Assembly (NCBI GenBank): GCA_034115825.1
Contig: JAXESU010000004.1
Coordinates: 205,237 to 269,236, forward strand
Source of the DNA: Bacilli bacterium
Lineage (GTDB): Bacteria > Bacillota_I > Bacilli_A > RFN20 > UBA1709
Length of the DNA: 64,000 nucleotides
Direction: 5' to 3'
In this document: positions 10,078-20,649 of the stretch, piece after piece
Position numbering within the stretch: position 1 is the first letter of the stretch
Layout: each line of letters begins with the position of its first letter
The notes under the pieces: model-generated
Told to the model about the DNA's origin: nothing
What the model saw: only the letters and a program-made list of their open reading frames with translations
Databases searched by the model: none
Made by a program: the position numbers and the translations under genes

Positions 10078-10536
10078 TTGATTAAAGGAGAAATTTATAT
10101 GGAAATTATTTTAGATATCGCTATTATCTTTTTTATGATTATGGAAACTAGTAACATTATCATTATGTATTTTAAACCAGATTTTAAATATGGAAATAGT
10201 ATGATTGCTTTTAAAAAATGGCAAGAAAGTCAAGATGATGAAAAAAGTAAACTTTATAGCAAATATTTGGTTAATTGGGTTGCCAATTGTAAATTAATCT
10301 TTATTATTTTACTTTTAGTAATTTTAATTTTTGCAACACCTACTATTAAAGTATATGCCATTATCGCGATGATTATTTCAATTGCCATTTATTTCGTTAG
10401 CTTATATCCACTAATTAAAAAGATGGATCAATTAAACGAAATAAACCCAAAAGGATATTCAAAGACTTTATCAATAATGATTTTGATGTTTATTTTAATT
10501 TTTGTTACTTCACTTATTTTATATTTTATTTTATAG
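10078..10536 (+). CDS. Small polytopic membrane protein, function unknown
   Basis: 152 aa, about four hydrophobic segments. A terminator hairpin (GTTCACAT-TATA-ATGTGAAC plus T-run) sits at 10537-10565. Confidence 0.3.
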   Translation: MIKGEIYMEIILDIAIIFFMIMETSNIIIMYFKPDFKYGNSMIAFKKWQESQDDEKSKLYSKYLVNWVANCKLIFIILLLVILIFATPTIKVYAIIAMIISIAIYFVSLYPLIKKMDQLNEINPKGYSKTLSIMILMFILIFVTSLILYFIL

Positions 10537-10620
10537 TTCACATTATATGTGAACTTTTTTATTGCATTATCAATATATTGTTTTATAATAAGAGAGGTTT
10601 TAAAGAAAAGAGGTTAAAAT

Positions 10621-11940
10621 ATGGCTCTCTCACTTACCTGTTTATTAATATCAATTATTTCCCTATTTGTGTGTGTTAATAAATTTCCAACAATATCTTT
10701 TAAAATTAAAAAGGTTAATTTTTCTATACAAACTTTTTATATTGTCCCTTTTATTAGTGCTCTTATTTTAATCACATTTAAAGCTGTTTCTAAAACGGAC
10801 CTTCTTTCATTAATTGATTTTTCTTTACCCGTAAATCCAATTAAAATTTTAATGTTATTTATCTCAATTTCTTTTATTTCCATTTGTCTTGATAAGGCTG
10901 GATTTTTTTCAATGTGTGCTTCAAAGGCTTTAAATAAAGCTAAAGGGTCTAATTTATTGTTTTTTATTCTTCTTTACCTTACAGTATCAATTTTAACTAT
11001 ATTTACTTCTAACGATATCGTTGTTTTGACTTTTACACCTTTTATCTGTTACTATACTGCCATTAAAAAAACCAATCCTCTACCATATTTATTTATTGAA
11101 TTTATCGCGGCTAATTCTTGGTCAATGATGCTTGAAATAGGTAATCCGACAAATATCTATCTAGCATTAAGCGCTAATATTTCTTTTATCGAATATTTTA
11201 AAATAATGTTTTTACCAACCTTTATTTCTTGTTTATCATCGTTCTTTCTTGTTATTTTTATCTTTCGAAAATCAATATTTAGTTACAAAAAAGATAATTT
11301 AGAACAAAAAATTTCTAATTTTCAATATAGTATTGATAAAAATATGATTATCGTTAGTTTAATTCACTTAATCATATGTTTATTTGGTTTAATCTTTTTT
11401 AGTGATTATATGTACATTGTTTGTCTAATTTGTGCAATAAGTTTAAGTCTATTCATGATTATTAATGATATTATTCATAAAACTAAAATCTCAATCGAGG
11501 TATATAAGAAACTACCATATGCAATGATTCCGTTTATCTTATCAATGTATATTATTGTTTGTAGTTTAAACAATGCGAATGTGACTGATATTATTGCTAA
11601 TGGATTAAATACGTTAGCGATTAACGATTTAACTACCGCCTTAACTTATGGATATACTTCTATAATTAGTTGTAATATTTTAAATAATATTCCAATGAGC
11701 ATTCTATATTCATCGATATTGGCAAATAACAATAATATCATTGCTATTTATGCAACTATTATCGGTTCAAACTTAGGTGCCCTTCTTACACCAATTGGTG
11801 CTTTAGCCGGTATAATGTGGCTATCAATTTTAAAAAATCAAAATATCAAAATTTCGTTTACTAGTTTTACTAAATATTGTGGTGTAATTTGCTTTTTTAC
11901 GGCTTTGATTGCCTTTATTACTTTAGCTATTGTTATATAA
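10621..11940 (+). CDS. Polytopic membrane transporter (ArsB/NhaD/CitMHS-like ion-transporter superfamily, tentative)
   Basis: 439 aa with 10-12 hydrophobic segments. The family call is a tentative resemblance only, without clear signature motifs. Confidence 0.35.
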   Translation: MALSLTCLLISIISLFVCVNKFPTISFKIKKVNFSIQTFYIVPFISALILITFKAVSKTDLLSLIDFSLPVNPIKILMLFISISFISICLDKAGFFSMCASKALNKAKGSNLLFFILLYLTVSILTIFTSNDIVVLTFTPFICYYTAIKKTNPLPYLFIEFIAANSWSMMLEIGNPTNIYLALSANISFIEYFKIMFLPTFISCLSSFFLVIFIFRKSIFSYKKDNLEQKISNFQYSIDKNMIIVSLIHLIICLFGLIFFSDYMYIVCLICAISLSLFMIINDIIHKTKISIEVYKKLPYAMIPFILSMYIIVCSLNNANVTDIIANGLNTLAINDLTTALTYGYTSIISCNILNNIPMSILYSSILANNNNIIAIYATIIGSNLGALLTPIGALAGIMWLSILKNQNIKISFTSFTKYCGVICFFTALIAFITLAIVI

Positions 11941-11951
11941 AAAAGGTCAAC

Positions 11952-12746
11952 TTAATTGACCTTTTTATTGTTCTTTTTTTCTTGTAATTCTTTAACTACT
12001 TCAATATAATTTTCATCATTACTCTTAGATGCTTCTTCACTAGCATAATCCAAATCTTTAACATTACGAATTAAATAGCCATTTAACCAATTGTTTTTAC
12101 TTTTTAAGGAAATATAACCTAATACTGCTACAAATAAGCTCCCACAAAAACATACAATAATATCGCCCATCGTATCAATTAAACCAACTCTTCCTGGATC
12201 TTTAATGTTTAAGACATCACCAACAATTTGCCAACGTTGCATATTAGCACCTGTTAATGAATCAATGCTAAATTCATAAATTTCCCAGACCGCTGCGATC
12301 ATCATTGAAAAACAAAAAGAAAATAAAGCGACAAAAAATGGGGATAAACTTAAATGAGTGTTCTTAGATTCGTTTAATAAATTAACTAAACTAAAACCTA
12401 AAGCAGCAAATGCTAGTCCACTTGTTGCATGCAATATTTTATCAAAAACAAGTGAATAATCATAAATTCGATATATTTCTCCAAGAATAAAATGCGCATA
12501 GATAAAAACAATGGCTATAATTTGAAGTCGAGATGGAATATAAAGATGCCATTTTTTAGCAATAAAAGCTGGCACATTTAATAAAATTAAACCTAATAAA
12601 GCTAAGAATATATGATTAAAGCCATTACTATTTTCTTTATCAATCACAATTTCAACGATTGACCAAATTATTGTAGCCATAATCAATATTTGTAAAATTA
12701 ATGTTACAATTTTGACTGATTTTTGATCAGTTATATTTTTTTTCAT
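11952..12746 (-). CDS. Membrane protein, unknown function
   Basis: 264 aa, multiple transmembrane segments. Convergent with the previous gene across a bidirectional hairpin AAAAGGTCAA-CTTA-ATTGACCTTTTT (11941-11970). Confidence 0.3.
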   Translation of the reverse strand: MKKNITDQKSVKIVTLILQILIMATIIWSIVEIVIDKENSNGFNHIFLALLGLILLNVPAFIAKKWHLYIPSRLQIIAIVFIYAHFILGEIYRIYDYSLVFDKILHATSGLAFAALGFSLVNLLNESKNTHLSLSPFFVALFSFCFSMMIAAVWEIYEFSIDSLTGANMQRWQIVGDVLNIKDPGRVGLIDTMGDIIVCFCGSLFVAVLGYISLKSKNNWLNGYLIRNVKDLDYASEEASKSNDENYIEVVKELQEKKNNKKVN

Positions 12747-12830
12747 ATTTAATCACTCCTTCAAGTATTATATCATACTATCAAAATTGAGTAAAAAAAA
12801 TTAATGCAATTGCATTAATTTTAAATTGTT

Positions 12831-13679
12831 TTATTTTTTGAAAAAAGCTACTCCAATAGCACCAGGGCCAATATGTGTTCCAATTGTACAACCTAAAATA
12901 TAATTTGGAATATAGTTTGTGCTTTTCTCCCACAGATGACGATTATCCTCAATATATTTTTTAATCATACTATCATCAAATCCTGAATAAACAGTACCAT
13001 AAGGCATTGTAAAATCTACTCCACCGGTTTCTAAAATTAACTTATTAAGTAAATTGTTACCATTTTTAGAGCCTCTTGCCTTACCAGCTAGTTTTACTTC
13101 ACCATCTTTTACAGTAACTACCGGTTTAATCGATAATAACTCCCCGCCAATTGCTTTAAGTGATGAAATACGACCACCTTTTCGTAAATATTTTAAAGTA
13201 TCAAGCATTGCTAAAACAACAACTCGACTTTTATTTTCGTTAACAAGATTAACAATTTCATCTATTGATTTACCTTGTTTAATTAAATCTAAGGTATATA
13301 AAATAATTAATCTTTCACCGATACTAGCATTTAAACTATCAATAACTCTAACGTTGTTGTTAAAATTACTAGCAGCTTGAACAGCGCTATTATAAGTACC
13401 CGATAACTTTGATGAAATAGTAATAGCAATTACTTCATTTCCTTCATTTGTTAACTTTTCAAAAACTTCTTCAAATCGAAATGGATTAATTTGACTTGTT
13501 TTTGGAAGATCACTATTTTCGATTAATTTTTCGTAAAATGCTTTAGGTAATAAATCAACCCCATCATAAAATACTTCATCATTAAATCTAATTTCCATTG
13601 GAATTAAAGTAATTCCAAGTTTATTTGCTTCTTCTAAATTAATATCACATGAAGAATCAATAACTAACTTTATCGCCAT
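12831..13679 (-). CDS. DegV-family fatty-acid-binding protein
   Basis: 282 aa. MAIKLVIDSSCDI N-terminus and conserved DegV motifs (LSGTY, Kxxxxx...). An intrinsic terminator (TTAATGCAATTGCATTAA plus T-run on the minus strand) is at about 12790-12825. Confidence 0.8.
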   Translation of the reverse strand: MAIKLVIDSSCDINLEEANKLGITLIPMEIRFNDEVFYDGVDLLPKAFYEKLIENSDLPKTSQINPFRFEEVFEKLTNEGNEVIAITISSKLSGTYNSAVQAASNFNNNVRVIDSLNASIGERLIILYTLDLIKQGKSIDEIVNLVNENKSRVVVLAMLDTLKYLRKGGRISSLKAIGGELLSIKPVVTVKDGEVKLAGKARGSKNGNNLLNKLILETGGVDFTMPYGTVYSGFDDSMIKKYIEDNRHLWEKSTNYIPNYILGCTIGTHIGPGAIGVAFFKK

Positions 13680-13681
13680 AT

Positions 13682-14134
13682 TTACCTCCTATATTGCTCT
13701 AAACAAAATTTATCTAAATTGTCTGAAATTGTTGTTAAACACTTATACATAATACTAATTTCATTTTCATCCAAACCATTTGTAATAACATTAACAATTT
13801 GGTTAATTTTTTCATTAATTATTTTCGCTATTTCAATACCTTTATCAGTTAGAATTAGTGGACTACGATAGGCTTTTTCAAACTTTTTTTCACATACAAT
13901 ATAATTATTTTTACTTAAATAATCGATTGTTCGCGAAATCGCAGCTTTATCTTCTTCACAAAGTTTTGATAATTCAGTCGCAGTCAATGGTTTATTTTCT
14001 TTATATAAATAATATAAACAAGAAACATGACTGCTTTTTAATCCTTGTGAAGTCATTTCTTCCATTTTAATTTTTAAAACCGATTTTGCTATTCTACTAA
14101 TTAACAATGTAAAAGATTCATAACGTTTATACAT
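13682..14134 (-). CDS. MarR-family transcriptional regulator
   Basis: 150 aa. A winged-HTH core (LTATELSKLCEEDKAAISRTIDYLSKNNYIV) typical of MarR. Confidence 0.75.
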   Translation of the reverse strand: MYKRYESFTLLISRIAKSVLKIKMEEMTSQGLKSSHVSCLYYLYKENKPLTATELSKLCEEDKAAISRTIDYLSKNNYIVCEKKFEKAYRSPLILTDKGIEIAKIINEKINQIVNVITNGLDENEISIMYKCLTTISDNLDKFCLEQYRR

Positions 14135-14170
14135 AATTTTTCTCCTTTACCGATAGCATTTTATCAATAA

Positions 14171-14190
14171 CTTGTTGATTTGTCAACAAG
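14171..14190. promoter_or_regulatory. Perfect 8-4-8 inverted repeat CTTGTTGA-TTTG-TCAACAAG in the marR promoter region; candidate MarR operator
   Basis: Palindrome read directly from the sequence, 35-55 nt upstream of the marR start. Confidence 0.35.
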
Positions 14191-14227
14191 ATTAAAAAAG
14201 ATTAAAAAATAGAAGGAAATAATCCTT

Positions 14228-14431
14228 CTATTCAATATCAATATCAAGTGGTTTATCAATCTCTTTCGAAATATATTGACCATTTTTCTTTCGTTGACGA
14301 ACACACTCACTTAATAAATATTCAATTTGACCATTGATCGAACGAAAATCATCTTCTGCCCAACTTGCTAATGCTTCATATAATTTTGGTGATAATCTTA
14401 ATGGAATTTGCTTTTTTTGATTGTCATTCAT
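14228..14431 (-). CDS. Small Arc/ribbon-helix-helix-type DNA-binding protein
   Basis: 67 aa. [31 protein letters not shown] resembles Arc-like DNA-binding proteins. Followed by a terminator hairpin AGAAGGAAATAATCCTTCT (14211-14229). Confidence 0.5.
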   Translation of the reverse strand: MNDNQKKQIPLRLSPKLYEALASWAEDDFRSINGQIEYLLSECVRQRKKNGQYISKEIDKPLDIDIE

Positions 14432-15420
14432 TAATATAAACTACCTGAATTAACAATTGGTTGAGCATCTTTATTGCCACATAAGACAACTAATAAGTTA
14501 GAAACCATTGCTGCTTTACGTTCATCATCTAAAACAACAACATTATTTTCACTTAAGCGTTCAAGAGCCATTTCAACCATACCAACTGCACCATCAACAA
14601 TCATCTTACGAGCATCAATAATAGCAGAAGCTTGTTGACGTTGTAACATAACAGCAGCGATTTCTGGAGCATAAGCTAAATAAGTAATACGTGCTTCAAT
14701 AATTTCAATACCAGCTTCTAATACTCGGCTTTGAATTTCATCTTTAATACGAGCTGCTACCACTTCACTTGATCCTCTTAAGCTTCCTTCATCAGCGATT
14801 CCATCACCAGTTGTATCGACATTAGGAGCTACGTCATAAGGATAAATACGAACAATATTTCTTAAAGCACTATCACATTGAAGTGATAAATATTCTTTAT
14901 AGTTATCGACTGTAAAGACAGCTTTAGCAGTATCAACTACTCTCCACATAACCGCAATACCAATTTCAACTGGATTACCTAAACAGTCGTTGATCTTTTG
15001 ACGATTATTATTTAAAGTCATAATTTTTAAAGAAATTTTTCGACCATTACTTTCTAAAGATTTACCTAAACTTTCTTGTAAAGTAGTACCCTTTACATCA
15101 CCACTTTGATTTAATTTTGTATTTGCAGCTGGATTAAAACTTGTACAAAATGGATTAACAAAATAGAAACCAGCATCTTTTAATGTACCAATGTATTTAC
15201 CAAATAAAGTTAAAACTAAACCTTCTTGTGGCTTTAATACTTTTAGACCCATAAAAGGAATCCACCCAAAAGCAACATAAACTCCACCAATTGCTAAAAA
15301 TAAGACATCTTCAATAACTGCACCATAAATTAATAAGCCAGTAGCTGCTAAATAAAGAGCCAAAAATAGAATTAAGAAAAACATACCATTCTTTTTATTT
15401 TTCAAAACAATTTCTTTCAT
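14431..15420 (-). CDS. SPFH/band-7 (stomatin/prohibitin-like) membrane protein
   Basis: 329 aa. N-terminal transmembrane segments then an SPFH core. Stop and start overlap with the downstream Arc-like gene. Confidence 0.7.
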   Translation of the reverse strand: MKEIVLKNKKNGMFFLILFLALYLAATGLLIYGAVIEDVLFLAIGGVYVAFGWIPFMGLKVLKPQEGLVLTLFGKYIGTLKDAGFYFVNPFCTSFNPAANTKLNQSGDVKGTTLQESLGKSLESNGRKISLKIMTLNNNRQKINDCLGNPVEIGIAVMWRVVDTAKAVFTVDNYKEYLSLQCDSALRNIVRIYPYDVAPNVDTTGDGIADEGSLRGSSEVVAARIKDEIQSRVLEAGIEIIEARITYLAYAPEIAAVMLQRQQASAIIDARKMIVDGAVGMVEMALERLSENNVVVLDDERKAAMVSNLLVVLCGNKDAQPIVNSGSLY

Positions 15421-15486
15421 ATTATTATATCCCCCTTATGTTTTGATACTATAATGATATCATTTTTATATCATTTGTCAATAGGG

Positions 15487-15987
15487 TTATAATTCTTTTT
15501 GTAAAACATTAACCGTATATAATTCTCGCTTATCTTGAAAACCACTTTCTTTAAAATCATTTTTATACCAGAAGTTTTTACTTTGATTATTACTACTAAC
15601 ATAACCTAAACGTACTTCATTAAATCCTAGTTTTTTTAAATAGTCTAAAATTTCATTAATAATAAATGTACCAATATTTTTCTTTTGATAATCTTTATTC
15701 ATCATGAAAAAACCAATAAACGCAATATTGTCTTTTGGATAACCTAAAATTAAATCTAGAACTGCTACTAATTCATTTTCATTATAAAAACCAACAAAAT
15801 ATTTATCATCATATGTTTTATTAGGTGGTAAAGCTTTTAGATCATCAATAATACTTTGTCTTGTTAAAGGCGTTTTTAAATGCTCATAATAAAAAGGGTT
15901 ATTAAAACATACGTTATACACTTCATCAACATCTTCATTCAATATTCTTTTAACCTTATATTTACTTGATAAATTATTAATATTCAT
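15487..15987 (-). CDS. GNAT-family N-acetyltransferase
   Basis: 166 aa. Acetyl-CoA-binding motif region (IAFIGFFMMNKDYQKKNIGTFIINEILDYLKKLGF). Confidence 0.6.
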   Translation of the reverse strand: MNINNLSSKYKVKRILNEDVDEVYNVCFNNPFYYEHLKTPLTRQSIIDDLKALPPNKTYDDKYFVGFYNENELVAVLDLILGYPKDNIAFIGFFMMNKDYQKKNIGTFIINEILDYLKKLGFNEVRLGYVSSNNQSKNFWYKNDFKESGFQDKRELYTVNVLQKEL

Positions 15988-16316
15988 AAAATCATCTCCC
16001 TTTAAGTAAATTATTTATTTTAATTAAATATATTATAAAGTACCTACTTTTCATCTTTACACGGAAATTTATATATTAAATATAGTAATTCATATTTATT
16101 GTCCTATTGCTTTAAATTTATCCAAATATTATAAAATATACCATCAGTTACCAAATTATTAAAATATTCTCTCATTTCTTCAGTAAAATTGTAATTAAAT
16201 AAACCCCCTTCGGGAATATCAATTATTTTTATATATAATAGTTATTTCTCCTTTAAAATTTGTGTCATTTCTTTTTTTGTGTAAAAATTAATTACTTCAA
16301 AAATATTTTAATAAAT

Positions 16317-16553
16317 TTATAACTTATCAAAATGAACAATTTTATCAACTTTATCATTTACTAACTTAAAATAAGTACTATTAGATAAATTTTTTTGATT
16401 ACCTTTAATATCCTCCTTGTTCTTTGAACCTAGTAAATGTGTTGCATTTAAAATAGTTTCGTCAACAAGAACATTTTCACCATTATATTTTTGTAGCAAA
16501 AAATTATCACCCAAAAATGAATCATAGTAAGATGAAAGTATGTCAACAACCAC
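16317..16553 (-). CDS. Hypothetical protein
   Basis: 78-aa ORF in an AT-rich, gene-poor stretch. Coding status is uncertain. Confidence 0.2.
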   Translation of the reverse strand: MVVDILSSYYDSFLGDNFLLQKYNGENVLVDETILNATHLLGSKNKEDIKGNQKNLSNSTYFKLVNDKVDKIVHFDKL

Positions 16554-16836
16554 ATACGTACAAGATTCTTTTCTATTATTTCCACCCCCCTTATATATTT
16601 TTAAAATAGTATGATGCGAAATAGTCTATAATAAACATATTATTTAATTGGAGTTGGCTATTTGATAAGTTGGAACTAAATCGGAAGGCTTTATTATCAA
16701 ATTATCATTAAATGCCTGGATAGTTTTATTTGTTATACCATCATCATTATAGGATTCATATTCAAGAAACGAAAAATTTATTAGTCCAATAATTGAAATT
16801 AATAAAACAGCTAGTTTTTTCATAAAATATTCTCCT

Positions 16837-17439
16837 TTAAACCAAAATTTTATAATTTTTAATTAAATCATTAATTAAAAGAGTTTTATCAATTTGACTA
16901 TTACTTTGCTTGCTCAATTTTACTTTCATAATCATGCTATCATCATATTTAAAATGAATATCACAAGCTCCATCATAATAATCTAAAATATCATATTTTA
17001 TCTCATTATTTATAACACTACCATCTTCAACATAAAAAGGATAATAATATATTTCAAATCTATCATAAGTCTGAGCGGAAATTTGATCTTCATAATACAT
17101 ATAAAGAATTTCAAAATAATCATATGATGAATTATAAATATCTTCCTTATTTGAACAATTAATATTTATATGTCCAGAAAAAGTTATGCTATGTTCTTCA
17201 AAATTGATTGGTAAATTAAAACTAGAAACCCCAAAATGAAAATCGCCATTTTTATTAGCGTTTTTTAATTGAATAATAAAGTCTGATGCTTCACTAGTAT
17301 TATTAAAACCTTTATCCCACCAAATTCTATCTTTTCCAGGTAAAATTAAATCATTATTGTTTTCATTAACGGTACAACTTACACAAAAACAATTTAATAA
17401 AATGAACAAAAAAACAAAAATTATACTCCTCTTTTTCAT
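16837..17439 (-). CDS. Putative lipoprotein / secreted protein, unknown function
   Basis: 200 aa. Signal peptide with Cys (LLNCFCVSC). Rich in Tyr, Asp and Asn. Confidence 0.3.
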   Translation of the reverse strand: MKKRSIIFVFLFILLNCFCVSCTVNENNNDLILPGKDRIWWDKGFNNTSEASDFIIQLKNANKNGDFHFGVSSFNLPINFEEHSITFSGHININCSNKEDIYNSSYDYFEILYMYYEDQISAQTYDRFEIYYYPFYVEDGSVINNEIKYDILDYYDGACDIHFKYDDSMIMKVKLSKQSNSQIDKTLLINDLIKNYKILV

Positions 17440-17839
17440 ATTCTTATCACCATCTTAAAATTATCATAAATTATTTAATTACTCAATATAATTCATAAAA
17501 ATAGTAAGCCTATTAGCATTACAATTAAACTTATACTTAAATCGAAAAATGCTATAAATAAAATAATGCATCTAACATTCCTTATTCGATAAATTATAGA
17601 ACAAGTTCTAAAAATACAATTCATCAACTATCTAAAAAAATTTATAATATTAAGTCAGAGGATTAAGAATCGTACAATCTTAATTAGATTTTTGTTCGAA
17701 AAACAAAATTTCATAACCATTCACCATACAAGAATAAAATCATCAAATTAATTTTTTTCATCTCACATTAAATTAATTAGAGCAAAATTTATCAACAAAA
17801 AAATAGAGCAAAATGCTCTATTCTTTAATAACGAAAAAT

Positions 17840-18484
17840 TTAAAATTCTTTATCTTGAATAAAATGTAAACTTATTAAAATTGAGATAAATATACCAATA
17901 ATAATTAATGTTGTAATTAAAAACAACAATAATGTTGCATTCAAATTGGTTATCAAATTACTAATATCTATATTATTTAATTCTAAAATCTTCTTAATTC
18001 CAATAAACATAAGCAAAATAATTCCAAAGACTATTATCAAGACTATTCTACTTTTATCACCACTAAAGTTAATTTCAATTGGCAACATTATACTAATAAC
18101 TAGAAAGAGTATTAATAACGAGAATAAACTAATATATGCTAAGTCAATTGTTACTACATTTCCATTTATAAAACTTGATAAAGCAACTATTATAATACCG
18201 ATAACTATACCACTTACTCCACTTATTAATCCTAATAAGAATTTTTCAATAACATATTGTTTTCGGGAGAATGGAAGAGTAAAAAGATATAAATTCCCTT
18301 CATCAAATTCATCATAACTTATGGTAGTAATTGCTATTAAACAAAATACAAAAGATAAAAAATTCAAAATAAATAAATAATTTGCATCTGTAAAAGAAAA
18401 ACAAATACAAATTACTAAAATTAAAGCTAAAAATCTTTTTTGATTTAACATTAATTTTAAGTCTTTTAAAAATAGTCCTTTCAT
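17840..18484 (-). CDS. ABC-2 type transporter permease
   Basis: 214 aa, six hydrophobic segments. Start overlaps the upstream ATPase by 4 nt. Confidence 0.5.
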   Translation of the reverse strand: MKGLFLKDLKLMLNQKRFLALILVICICFSFTDANYLFILNFLSFVFCLIAITTISYDEFDEGNLYLFTLPFSRKQYVIEKFLLGLISGVSGIVIGIIIVALSSFINGNVVTIDLAYISLFSLLILFLVISIMLPIEINFSGDKSRIVLIIVFGIILLMFIGIKKILELNNIDISNLITNLNATLLLFLITTLIIIGIFISILISLHFIQDKEF

Positions 18485-19332
18485 ACATTCTCTCCCTTTA
18501 TCATTAAAGAAATAATTGAATCTAAATTAGTATTTTCAATTATTATTTTTGGATAATTATCTCGGTAATATTGCTTACTATCAGTTAAACACATAATACA
18601 ATAATTATTTTTCTCATATTTTAAAATATGGGACTTATCAATATTTTCAAACATCTCTTTTTCTAATTTTAAAATTCCATAATCATTTAATAAAACATCA
18701 TTATCCTCGTGTAAAATAATTTTACCTTTTTCTATCATGTAAATATCATCACATAAACTTTCTAAATCATTTGAAATATGAGAACTTATCAAAATTGAGC
18801 GTTCTTTATCCTTTTCTAAATAATCTTGAAGCATTGATAATATCTCATTTCTAGAAACAATATCTAATCCCGAAGTTGGTTCATCTAGGATTAATAACTT
18901 CGCATTATGTGATAAAGCAATCAACATCTTTAATTTTGCTTTCATTCCAGTAGAAAAATCTTTAACTTTTTTATTTAAAGGTATCTTAAATTTTTTTAAA
19001 TTTTCAATAAAATCATCCTTATCAAACTCATTATAAAAATTATTAAGAATTTCAATTATATCTTTAACACTTAAATAACCACTAAAAGTTGAGTTTGATA
19101 AAGAAACACCTATTTTTTCTTTATCAGCATTTGTAAAACTTGAAATATCTTTATTCATAATTGTAATTGTACCGCTATCTTTTTTAATCAAATTTAGTAT
19201 CAATTTAAACAAAGTGGTTTTTCCAGAACCATTTTCTCCAATTAGACCAGTAATACGCCCATCTAATACTTCTAAAGAACATGATAATTCAAAATCACTA
19301 TACCTTTTTACTAAGTTATCAATTTTAATCAT
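18481..19332 (-). CDS. ABC transporter ATP-binding protein
   Basis: 283 aa. Walker A GENGSGKTT, signature FSTGMKAKL, Walker B LLILDEPTSGLD. Confidence 0.8.
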   Translation of the reverse strand: MIKIDNLVKRYSDFELSCSLEVLDGRITGLIGENGSGKTTLFKLILNLIKKDSGTITIMNKDISSFTNADKEKIGVSLSNSTFSGYLSVKDIIEILNNFYNEFDKDDFIENLKKFKIPLNKKVKDFSTGMKAKLKMLIALSHNAKLLILDEPTSGLDIVSRNEILSMLQDYLEKDKERSILISSHISNDLESLCDDIYMIEKGKIILHEDNDVLLNDYGILKLEKEMFENIDKSHILKYEKNNYCIMCLTDSKQYYRDNYPKIIIENTNLDSIISLMIKGENV

Positions 19333-19681
19333 CGGTGTTATCCTCCAAAATTAATAAAAATGTGTCTTTAATTTCTTTATTTGATATTCCTACCATTTTT
19401 GCTTTTTTAATTATTATATCAATTGATTCTTCTAAAGATTTAATCTGTTCTTCTCTTATTAACTCCTTATTAACAAAAGATACATAAGTACCTTTACCAT
19501 GAATTGTTTTAACTATCCCTTCACTTTCTAATAAATCATATGCTTTTTTTACTGTTAAAGCACTTATTTTTAAATCTTTAGCCAACATTCTAACCGAAGG
19601 AAGGTTATCATTTGTCTTTAATTCATTTTTTCGTATTAATAATTTAATTTGATCTACTAATTGTTCATAAATAGGTATCAT
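19325..19681 (-). CDS. GntR-family (YtrA-like) transcriptional regulator
   Basis: Start reassigned to MIPIYEQLVDQI (ATG at 19681). GntR HTH (LPSVRMLAKDLKISALTVKKAYDLLESEGIV). It is the first gene of a GntR/ABC/ABC-2 module. Confidence 0.7.
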   Translation of the reverse strand: MIPIYEQLVDQIKLLIRKNELKTNDNLPSVRMLAKDLKISALTVKKAYDLLESEGIVKTIHGKGTYVSFVNKELIREEQIKSLEESIDIIIKKAKMVGISNKEIKDTFLLILEDNTDD

Positions 19682-19790
19682 TGAATTAAAATTTATAATA
19701 ATATTCAAGCTAATCACCTCAATAACAGTATATAACAGTATACAACAGTTGTCAATATTTAAAAATAGAGCCAAATGCTCTATTCTTAAA

Positions 19791-20645
19791 CTATAACTCA
19801 TTTAGAATTCCGTCTTCTAAATCTTTTAAATTATATAAAGTATCTAATACATCAAATGTTTCTTCTAAATTATGTTTAGCAGTTAACCAACCCTTACCAT
19901 CAGTAAACCAAACAAATGAAAAGTTATCAATGTTTATAGACTCAATTGCTAAATTCTTGTAACTTCGAGCAGTTTCGTTTAATTTTGAACCACTACTACC
20001 ATAAAAATTACATTCACAAGCGTAAATACGATTGTCTTTAACTAATACAAAATCAAATCTCTTTTCTGTTTTTCCATCATTACTTATTAATGATAAATCT
20101 AAACCAAATTGCTTTTCGATTGATGATTTAGTCATTTCTTTAAAATATGTCTTATTTTTAATAAAACCATATTTTACTAAGTAAGATTCTACTAAATCTT
20201 CCATTACATCTCCAGTACGATTCTTTCTTCCATTGGTATCCATACCTACTTCTACACCCATTACATAATCTACTAAATTATTAATAATATGATTTTGTAA
20301 TAAATCAAATAAACCAGTCTTTTCCATAAAATTACAATACTCTTCAATTGTATAATTAGGTTTATTAAAATTAAAAATATACTCACCAGTTGCATCTATA
20401 ATTTTAATTTCTTTTTCACGCTTTGCTAATAATATAGGAAGAACTTTTAGTGTTTTTGGATATTCATTTAAAATTGTTTTAAATTCATCTTTAATATTTT
20501 TTGAACCTATTAAAGAATTTAAAATATTTAACTCAATTTTAATATTATCGATATTTCCATAAACTTTTTCAAAATCCGTATAATAATTCCAAGTGGCAAT
20601 ACTATCTTTCATAGTATTTAACCAATCATTAAAATTTCTTTTCAT
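19791..20645 (-). CDS. Type II restriction endonuclease, DpnII/MboI family (GATC)
   Basis: 284 aa. Blocks such as VDYVMGVEVGMDTNGRKNRTGD and SGSKLNETARSYK recalled from memory of R.DpnII (DpnB). Immediately downstream of two methyltransferase genes. Confidence 0.7.
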   Translation of the reverse strand: MKRNFNDWLNTMKDSIATWNYYTDFEKVYGNIDNIKIELNILNSLIGSKNIKDEFKTILNEYPKTLKVLPILLAKREKEIKIIDATGEYIFNFNKPNYTIEEYCNFMEKTGLFDLLQNHIINNLVDYVMGVEVGMDTNGRKNRTGDVMEDLVESYLVKYGFIKNKTYFKEMTKSSIEKQFGLDLSLISNDGKTEKRFDFVLVKDNRIYACECNFYGSSGSKLNETARSYKNLAIESINIDNFSFVWFTDGKGWLTAKHNLEETFDVLDTLYNLKDLEDGILNEL

Positions 20646-20649
20646 TTTA

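Noticed and set aside
13054-13380. 108-aa plus-strand ORF inside the first DegV gene
   Set aside because: Antisense to a confident DegV CDS. Leu/Ser-rich junk translation.
17946-18317. 123-aa plus-strand ORF inside the ABC-2 permease gene
   Set aside because: Antisense overlap. Ile/Lys-rich composition typical of AT-rich antisense frames.
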